Below, piece after piece: positions 57,465 through 64,000 of a DNA stretch of 64,000 nt. Both the position numbers and the translations under genes were made by a program. The notes under the pieces were generated by a model. It saw only the letters and a program-made list of their open reading frames with translations, was not told where the DNA came from and ran no database searches. This DNA comes from Nitrosopumilus sp. (GTDB lineage Archaea > Thermoproteota > Nitrososphaeria > Nitrososphaerales > Nitrosopumilaceae): positions 1,088,001 to 1,152,000 of the forward strand of contig OY759726.1 in assembly GCA_963662625.1 (NCBI GenBank). Direction: 5' to 3'. Every line of letters begins with the position of its first letter. Position 1 is the stretch's first letter.

Positions 57465-58892
57465 TCATTCACCATTCCCATCATGCGAGCGATTGGTTTT
57501 AAAAGTGTTGTCTGAAAATCCGCCGGGCGGGGGGCGCGCCTGCCGGCCGCCGACGACGGACTCTGCCCTTTGCATGAACTCTGCCATCAGGGCATCCAGC
57601 ACGTCCCTGCTACGGGCCTCGGCGTATACCCGGATTATGGGCTCGGTGCCGCTCGGCCTCACCATGACCCAGCTTCCTTCCCCCCTTGGGATCTTGATCC
57701 CGTCGGTGGTGTCGGCGCCGGGGAACTCCTCGGCAAGCGACCCCATCAGGAGGCCCGCCTGCTCCGGGCTGCAGGGGATCTTGTCCTTGGTCGTGAAGGA
57801 CTCGGGGAGCTCCGAGGCCAGGTCTGACAGGGGCCTCCCAGAGCCCGCCAGCATGTCCAGCATCAGCGCCATGGCCATGGCCCCGTCCCTGACCTGGTTG
57901 TGGCTGCCGAACATGAACCCGCCGTTCTCCTCGAACCCGACCAGGGCCCCCTCGGCGACCATCCTGCGCGAGACCTCCACGCTCCCGACCCTCGTGCGGA
58001 TGACTTCCGAGCCGTACCTGCCCGCCACGGCCTCTATGGCAGAGCCAGAGTTGACGCAGGTGACCACCGTCGCGCCCGGGTTCCTGGCCAGGACGTGCCT
58101 TGAGAGCAGGAGCGCAGACCTGTCCCCGGTCAGGACAGCCCCCCGGTCGTCGCAAAACAGGCTCCTGTCGCCGTCGCCGTCAAACGCGATCCCCATGTCC
58201 GCCCGGCTCTCCAGCACCGCCCGGGACAGGCCGGAGAGGTTCTGCGGGGTCGGCTCGGGGCCGCGCCCCGGGAACGCGCCGTCGATCTCCCCGTTGACGA
58301 GGACCACCCGGCACCCCAGCGCCTCGGCCAGTCCCGGCGCCGCCACCGCCTGGGCGCCGTTGCCGAGATCCAGCGCCACCTTGAAGTTCCCCCGCCTGAT
58401 CTTCTCGGCGCTGACCCGGGAGGCAACCGCCCCCTGGTACGCCCGGACCGCGCCGCCGTCCCGTCCAGAGGCGCCGGGCCTGGAGGGCCTCGCGCCCCAT
58501 CTTTTTTGCAGGAAGATGTCCTCTATCGCCAGCTCGTCCTCCCTGGAAACCTCCACGCCGTCCCCGGCGACGGGCTTGATCCCGTTGTACTGGGGCGGGT
58601 TGTGCGAGGCGGTCACCATGATCCCGCCAGCATAGCCGCGCTCCCTCACGGAGTATTCCAGGCAGGGGGTGGGGACCAGGCCCGCGTCGCTGCAGTCCAG
58701 CCCCGCAAAATTCAGCGCGGAGCGGACCACCTTGCCCACCACGGGGCTCGAACTGCGCCCGTCGCAGCCGACCAAGATGGGGCCCTTCCCGAAGTGCGCC
58801 GCGATCGCCAGCGTCATGTCGTGGACGAACTCGAGGGTGAGATCCTCCGGAAATGCCCCGCGGATCCCGTTGGTCCCAAAAAACCTGGCCAT
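57465..58892 (-). CDS. glmM: Phosphoglucosamine/phosphomanno-mutase (alpha-D-phosphohexomutase)
   Basis: FGTNGIRG, TASHNP, DGDGDR, GFEENGG, RPSGTEP. Confidence 0.9.
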   Translation of the reverse strand: MARFFGTNGIRGAFPEDLTLEFVHDMTLAIAAHFGKGPILVGCDGRSSSPVVGKVVRSALNFAGLDCSDAGLVPTPCLEYSVRERGYAGGIMVTASHNPPQYNGIKPVAGDGVEVSREDELAIEDIFLQKRWGARPSRPGASGRDGGAVRAYQGAVASRVSAEKIRRGNFKVALDLGNGAQAVAAPGLAEALGCRVVLVNGEIDGAFPGRGPEPTPQNLSGLSRAVLESRADMGIAFDGDGDRSLFCDDRGAVLTGDRSALLLSRHVLARNPGATVVTCVNSGSAIEAVAGRYGSEVIRTRVGSVEVSRRMVAEGALVGFEENGGFMFGSHNQVRDGAMAMALMLDMLAGSGRPLSDLASELPESFTTKDKIPCSPEQAGLLMGSLAEEFPGADTTDGIKIPRGEGSWVMVRPSGTEPIIRVYAEARSRDVLDALMAEFMQRAESVVGGRQARPPPGGFSDNTFKTNRSHDGNGE

Positions 58893-58970
58893 TGCACCCC
58901 TTGGGGGACGGCCGAATTAGTGTTTATCTTAAGCCGGGCCGGTAGCCGGGCTTTTCCAAGGCCGCCCCGG

Positions 58971-59471
58971 CTAGTCCACCCTGATCTTCCTCGCCTTTTT
59001 CCTGCCGCCCATCTTCTTGAGCTCGGACTCTAGGAACTTCCTGTACTTCCCGGCCTCTTCCTCAGTCATGTTGGCGACGTTCGAGCTGAGGATCGAGCCC
59101 ATGGTGGCCATCTTCTCAAGCAGGTCCACGGCGACGAACCTGCCCGCGTTTCCCACCCTGAAAAGCACGTCCAGCTGTTTTTTTACGATGTCGTTGATCT
59201 TGTCCACGTCCTCCGCGGTCTCCGCGCCTTTCCGCGTCAGCCTGTATTTCCCGCCGCTCGCCTCCTCCACGAGCTTTTCGTCAAGCAACCTTCCCAGCAG
59301 CGGGTAGATCAGCCCCGGGGAGGGCTTCCATATCCCGCTGCTCTGCTCGACGGCATGGTCTATGATCTCTTTTCCCGTGTGCGGCTTCTTTTTGAGCAAC
59401 TCCAGTATGAAGTATCTGGAAAACCCCCTTGGAACGGAGCTCCCGACCCTCTGGAACCATTCGGATATCAT
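58971..59471 (-). CDS. PadR-family transcriptional regulator
   Basis: WKPSPGLIYPLL..L, Y.LT.KG. Confidence 0.88.
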   Translation of the reverse strand: MISEWFQRVGSSVPRGFSRYFILELLKKKPHTGKEIIDHAVEQSSGIWKPSPGLIYPLLGRLLDEKLVEEASGGKYRLTRKGAETAEDVDKINDIVKKQLDVLFRVGNAGRFVAVDLLEKMATMGSILSSNVANMTEEEAGKYRKFLESELKKMGGRKKARKIRVD

Positions 59472-59776
59472 CACTAGTAATATCGCTAGCGATATATTTT
59501 AACCCTTCGGCCGGCCGCCCGCGGCCGCCGCGCGGCGCCCCCCGGCCCGGCATCGCCAGCCGGCGTGCCGGTTGTGGGGGGCGCGCGATCCGGGACGCCC
59601 GCCGCGCCATGCGGCAGGCCCCCGCGGCGCGGGGGCAAGGCGTCGCGGGCCCCGGCGTGCGTCCCCCGGCGCGGATCCGTTTTTTTGGTTGGGGAGAGTG
59701 GCGGCCCGCGCGCTGCCGCCGCGCCGGGGCCCATTACTACATATTTAACCCACATGAAACGAAGTTTGACTGAAAA

Positions 59777-61489
59777 ATGACCGCGACCGTGGAGTTCGAT
59801 CTAGTCATCTGTGGTTCCGGCCTGGCCGGGCTGCGTGCCGCCATAGCAGCTGCCGGCAAAAACCCCAAAATCAGGATCGGGATAGTCTCAAAACTGCAGG
59901 TGATGCGCTCCCACTCCGTCTCGGCGGAGGGGGGCACGGCCGCGGTGCTCTTCGAGGACGAGGGCGACACCATCGAGTCGCACATATACGACACGGTGAA
60001 GGGGAGCGACTTTCTCGCAGACCAGGACGTCGCCGAGAGGCTCTGCGTCGAGATGCCCAGCGAGATCCAGCTGCTGAACCGGTGGGGGATGCCGTGGTCG
60101 CGGAGAAAGGACGGGAGGATCGACCAGCGGGCGTTTGGCGGGTACAGCTTCCCGCGCGCGACCTACGCGTCCGACAAGGTGGGGTTCTTCGAGATGCAGA
60201 CGCTGTACGATACCTGCCAAAAGTACGAAAACATCGAGTACCTCAACGAGTGGTTCGCGACCTCGATCGTGCACGACGGGAAGCGGTTCATGGGGCTGAC
60301 CGCAATCGAGCTGTCGTCGGGGACATTCCACGCCGTCAAGGGCAAGGCGCTGATCATCGCGACCGGCGGGGCCGGCAGGTTGTACAGCTTTTCGACGTAC
60401 GCGCTGTCGTCCACCCCGGACGGCCTTGACATGGCGTTCAGGGCGGGGATGGCCCTCAAGGACATGGAGTTCGTGCAGTTTCACCCGACCGGGATCCTGC
60501 CGTCGGGGATACTGATCACGGAGGGAGCGCGCGGCGAGGGGGGCTACCTACTGAACAACCGGGGCGAGAGGTTCATGAAGAAGTACGCGGCCGAGAAGAT
60601 GGAGCTGGCCCCCCGCGACATCGTCTCGCGCTCCATCATGACGGAGATCCAGGAAGGCCGGGGGTTCAAGCACGAGACCGGGGTCGACTGCATGAAGCTG
60701 GACCTGCGGCACATCGGCAACGAGGTGATAAAGGAGAAGCTGGGGGGCATCAGGGAGATATCGATCAAGTTCTCGGGGGTCGACCCCGCCACGGATGTCC
60801 TGGACATAAGGCCGGTGTGCCACTACATGATGGGCGGGATCCACACCGACATCGAGGGGGCGACGGAACTGCGTGGGGTGTGGGCAGCCGGCGAGGTGGC
60901 CTGCAACAGCACCCACGGCTCGAACAGGCTCGGGGCCAACTCCACCTCCGAGTGCATCGTGTGGGGGAAGATCACGGGGGAGCTGGCCGTGGACTACATC
61001 GAGAAGGGCGTCCCCGCCATCCCGTGGCCGCACCACCTGGTTGCCTCGGAGGAGAAGCGGATCTACGACGGGGTATTCCGCGGGAGCGGCGACGCCAACC
61101 CCTACGAGATCCGCCAGGAGCTGACCGACACGATGAACGAGAGGGCGTACGTCTTCAGGAACGAGGCCGACATGGTGGCGGGGCTGAAGAAGGTGCGCCA
61201 GCTTAAGGCGTCGGCGTGGAAGCACGTGGACGACAAGGCAAAGGAGTACAACACCAACTTCGTAAACGTGATGGAGCTCGACTCCATGCTGAGGACCGCG
61301 GAGGTGGTCCTGGTGGGCGCAATCAGCAGGAAGGAGTCGCGCGGCGCGCACGCGCGCACCGACTACCCGAAGCGCGACGACGCGAACTTCCTCCACCACA
61401 CCCTTGCCTACCATGATCCGGGCGGGCCCATAATGAAGGCGTTCCCCGTGACAATCACTAAGTACAAGCCGGTGGAGAGGAAGTATTAG
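59777..61489 (+). CDS. sdhA: Succinate dehydrogenase flavoprotein subunit
   Basis: GSGLAG, RSHSVSAEGG, QFHPT, TEGARGEGG, HGSNRLGANS, ESRGAH. Confidence 0.95.
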   Translation: MTATVEFDLVICGSGLAGLRAAIAAAGKNPKIRIGIVSKLQVMRSHSVSAEGGTAAVLFEDEGDTIESHIYDTVKGSDFLADQDVAERLCVEMPSEIQLLNRWGMPWSRRKDGRIDQRAFGGYSFPRATYASDKVGFFEMQTLYDTCQKYENIEYLNEWFATSIVHDGKRFMGLTAIELSSGTFHAVKGKALIIATGGAGRLYSFSTYALSSTPDGLDMAFRAGMALKDMEFVQFHPTGILPSGILITEGARGEGGYLLNNRGERFMKKYAAEKMELAPRDIVSRSIMTEIQEGRGFKHETGVDCMKLDLRHIGNEVIKEKLGGIREISIKFSGVDPATDVLDIRPVCHYMMGGIHTDIEGATELRGVWAAGEVACNSTHGSNRLGANSTSECIVWGKITGELAVDYIEKGVPAIPWPHHLVASEEKRIYDGVFRGSGDANPYEIRQELTDTMNERAYVFRNEADMVAGLKKVRQLKASAWKHVDDKAKEYNTNFVNVMELDSMLRTAEVVLVGAISRKESRGAHARTDYPKRDDANFLHHTLAYHDPGGPIMKAFPVTITKYKPVERKY

Positions 61490-61924
61490 ATGGACGCGCA
61501 CGACGAGCACAAGGAAGGAATAGGCGGGATGGCGAACCCCGGCAGGTACGGGATCGAGCGCGTGGCGTACTGGCTGATGCGCCTTACCGGGCTGGGCCTG
61601 CTGGCGTACTTCGTGGCCCACATATATGAGACGAGCAGCATCCTGCGGGGGAAGGCCGGGTGGGACGAGCTCCTGGCGATGACGCAGACCACGGAGGGGC
61701 ACCTGTTCCTGACGCTCGTGATCGGCATGTGCGTGTTCCATACCGTCAACGGCATCCGGGTGATGCTGGGCCACGGCGGCGTCGGCGTGGGAAGGCCGGC
61801 GCGGCCGGACTACCCGTACGAGCCGGCCTCCCAAAACGCAAGGCACAAGATCGGGATCTACACCGCGATAGTCCTGGCCGCGATCGCGATGATGTACGGC
61901 ATGGCCGTAATGTTCGGTGAGTGA
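61490..61924 (+). CDS. sdhC: Succinate dehydrogenase membrane anchor (cytochrome b556 large subunit)
   Basis: RLTG, HI, FHTVNGIR; three TM helices. Confidence 0.88.
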   Translation: MDAHDEHKEGIGGMANPGRYGIERVAYWLMRLTGLGLLAYFVAHIYETSSILRGKAGWDELLAMTQTTEGHLFLTLVIGMCVFHTVNGIRVMLGHGGVGVGRPARPDYPYEPASQNARHKIGIYTAIVLAAIAMMYGMAVMFGE

Positions 61925-61925
61925 G

Positions 61926-62270
61926 ATGAGGGAAAGCCACATAATGAAGATCCACTACGGCACCGCCCTGGCCGCCGTGGGCCTGGTCGCGGTGCACGTC
62001 CTCATGCGCCTCACACAGGGGTTTGCGGAGTCCCTCGAGTACGAGAGCGTCCTGGCAAACTACAGGTTCATCCCGTACGCCGGGCTGCTGGAAATAATAC
62101 TGATCCTGCTTTCGATCCACGGGTTCAACGGCCTGAGGGTGATACTGCTAGAATTAAAGCAGGGGCGCACGTACGAGAAGGCGGTGTCCTATGGATGTGT
62201 TGCCGCGATGATAGCCCTGATCGCCTACGGCTCGCGCACGATATTCATGCTGAACATGGGGGCGGCGTAG
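61926..62270 (+). CDS. sdhD: Succinate dehydrogenase hydrophobic anchor subunit
   Basis: HGFNGLRVILLE; three TM helices; alternative GTG start at 61917. Confidence 0.85.
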   Translation: MRESHIMKIHYGTALAAVGLVAVHVLMRLTQGFAESLEYESVLANYRFIPYAGLLEIILILLSIHGFNGLRVILLELKQGRTYEKAVSYGCVAAMIALIAYGSRTIFMLNMGAA

Positions 62271-63035
62271 TTGGCGCACGCGTCAGATCTCGCAGAGGAG
62301 AAGACGTCCACCGCGCTGTCCCCCCCCAAGGCGGCCACGCTGCGCATCGCCAAGTTCAACCCGAAGACCGACAGCGGCGCCAGGTACGAGGAATTCAGGG
62401 TGCCGTTCGAGGCGTGGACGACGGTGCTGGACGCCATCCTGGACGTGAAGAAGCACTTTGATCACTCGGTCGCCGTGCGGTACTCGTGCCGCCAGGCTAC
62501 GTGCGGCTCCTGCGGGATGATGATCAACGGCAAGCCGCGGCTCGCGTGCTTCACGAAGATCAGCGAGCTGGGCTCCGACGTCGTCACGGTGGAGCCGATG
62601 CACAACTTCCCGATCATCCGGGACCTGGCAGTGAAGTTCGAGCGCCTCTTCGAGTCCCACCAGAAGATAAAGCCGTACATCATAGGCGACGAGGGGGGGC
62701 AGCCCGGCGGCGGGGAACTCCTCCAGTCCCCGGAGGAGCTTGAGCAGTTCATCCAGTTCTCGAACTGCATAAAATGCGGCCTGTGCAACTCCGCGTGCCC
62801 TACCATGGCTACCGATTCCTCCTTCGTGGGGCCGCAGGCGCTGGCCCAGGCCTACCGGTACGTGGCGGACTCCAGGGACAGGGGCAGGGACAGCAGGCTG
62901 AAGGTCATCGACGAGTCCCACGGGATATGGAGGTGCCACTTTGCCGGATCCTGCAGCCAGGTGTGCCCCAAGGGCGTGGATCCGGCCATGGGCATCCAGC
63001 TGCTGCGCGGCTACCTCCTGGGGTTCAGGGGCTAG
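62271..63035 (+). CDS. sdhB: Succinate dehydrogenase iron-sulfur subunit
   Basis: SCRQATCGSC, CIKCGLCNSACP, CHFAGSCSQVCP. Confidence 0.95.
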   Translation: MAHASDLAEEKTSTALSPPKAATLRIAKFNPKTDSGARYEEFRVPFEAWTTVLDAILDVKKHFDHSVAVRYSCRQATCGSCGMMINGKPRLACFTKISELGSDVVTVEPMHNFPIIRDLAVKFERLFESHQKIKPYIIGDEGGQPGGGELLQSPEELEQFIQFSNCIKCGLCNSACPTMATDSSFVGPQALAQAYRYVADSRDRGRDSRLKVIDESHGIWRCHFAGSCSQVCPKGVDPAMGIQLLRGYLLGFRG

Positions 63036-63400
63036 GGTTTTTTCCGGGACGCGGTGTCGCTTTCCGGGACCTGGGGGCCGGCCTGCTTCTTGGGGTTGGG
63101 GCTGTTGTTCACCTGGTTGTTGATCTGCTCGGCCATGAAGTGGTTTGACACGTTCACCTTGACGTCGTCGATCCCGTCGACGCCCAGCAGGTTGTCGTGG
63201 ATGTCCTGGCATATCTTGAACCCAAACACCGCGGGGCAGAACGGGCTGGTCAGGTGCAGGTCAACCCTGACGTTGCTGTCGTCGATGTCCACCTCGTCGA
63301 TCAGTTCCAGCTCCGTGATGGTGGTGTTGATCTCCGGATCCACTATCTTGGACAGCTCGTCGAATATCTTCACCCGCAACTGCTTGATGTCCTGGCTCAT
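63032..63400 (-). CDS. DUF59/SufT-type Fe-S cluster assembly protein
   Basis: DPEI...I.EL.LI, LTSPFCP; ATG at 63400. Confidence 0.88.
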   Translation of the reverse strand: MSQDIKQLRVKIFDELSKIVDPEINTTITELELIDEVDIDDSNVRVDLHLTSPFCPAVFGFKICQDIHDNLLGVDGIDDVKVNVSNHFMAEQINNQVNNSPNPKKQAGPQVPESDTASRKKP

Positions 63401-63449
63401 GTGGGCACAAGCGTCGATGCTATATATAACCATTCTAGAACATTAGTTG

Positions 63450-64000
63450 ATGTACCGTTCGCGCCTCGGCGCAGACCTGGGCGACCTCACCCTGGACTAC
63501 GTCTCGTCCGTGGACGACGACTCCGAGATCGTCCCATACGACATCCTGGGGAGCGAGGCGCACGTCCTGATGTTGCACGACCAGGGGATCATCCCCAGGA
63601 CCGACGCGAGGAAGATCCTCGCCGCGCTGGAGTCGCTGAAGGGCGAGGCGCTGGCCCCCGCGCCCGGCGCCGAGGACATACACGAGCTAGTCGAGTCGCT
63701 GGTCATCGGGAAGGCGGGAATGGCAAGCGGCGGCAAGATGCACACCGCGCGCTCCCGGAACGACCAGGTCGCCCTGGACATACGGATGAAGATCCGCGAC
63801 GACATCATCGTCCTGTGCAGGTGCCTGCTTGACGCGATCGAGGCCCTGGTGTCGCTGGCGCAGGGCCACAAGAGGACGGTGATGCCGCTGTACACCCACC
63901 TGCAGCAGGCCCAGGCGGGTCTGTTCTCCCACTACCTGCTTGCGCAGGCAGACGCGCTGTTCCGCGACCTGGAGCGCCTGCGCTCCGCGTTCGGGCGCGT
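63450..64000 (+). CDS. argH: Argininosuccinate lyase (5' part; runs off the window)
   Basis: My translation: MYRSRL...YDILGSEAHVLML...EDIHELVE...MHTARSRNDQVALD...MPLYTHLQQAQ. Absent from the ORF track because it has no stop in the window. Confidence 0.93.
   Translation, partial: MYRSRLGADLGDLTLDYVSSVDDDSEIVPYDILGSEAHVLMLHDQGIIPRTDARKILAALESLKGEALAPAPGAEDIHELVESLVIGKAGMASGGKMHTARSRNDQVALDIRMKIRDDIIVLCRCLLDAIEALVSLAQGHKRTVMPLYTHLQQAQAGLFSHYLLAQADALFRDLERLRSAFGR

Noticed and set aside
59480-59776. GC-rich intergenic stretch between padR and sdhA as an ncRNA or small gene
   Set aside because: Similar GC-rich spacers with incidental hairpins occur throughout the window, and I could not identify a recognisable RNA family or repeat.

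Overview
This window comes from a high-GC ammonia-oxidiser-lineage archaeon (Thaumarchaeota/Nitrososphaeria, Nitrosopumilaceae-like). The taxon is inferred from the S-layer protein, a PEFG-CTERM protein, a Rieske/cytochrome b/cupredoxin complex III, Zfx-type ferredoxins and the conserved gene order. High GC plus a large SdrD-B adhesin suggests a Cenarchaeum-like host-associated lineage, but that is only inference. Most of the window is core genome: an S-layer locus, complex III, GINS-MCM-Hel308-RFC, N-glycan genes, hisS/aIF6, a pst phosphate system, an infB-ndk-ribosomal protein cluster, sdhACDB and the start of argH. It also holds four intronless tRNAs (Ala-CGC, Leu-TAG, Ala-GGC, Ser-TGA). 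The accessory signals are: (1) an AT-rich two-gene insert (23.0-24.8 kb) encoding an ABC/AAA_21-type ATPase and a small TOPRIM-like protein, i.e. a PARIS/split-OLD-like candidate defence module, beside tRNA-Leu and flanked by a 7x26-bp array and a 32-bp direct-repeat pair; (2) decayed integrase, IS66-like and IS5-like fragments at the 3' end of tRNA-Ser; (3) a degenerate repeat series with ~70-75 bp period between pstS and the phosphate regulator; (4) a candidate SlaB-like stalk gene and a membrane-anchored subtilase directly after the S-layer gene. All assignments come from motif recognition by eye; no database searches were run.
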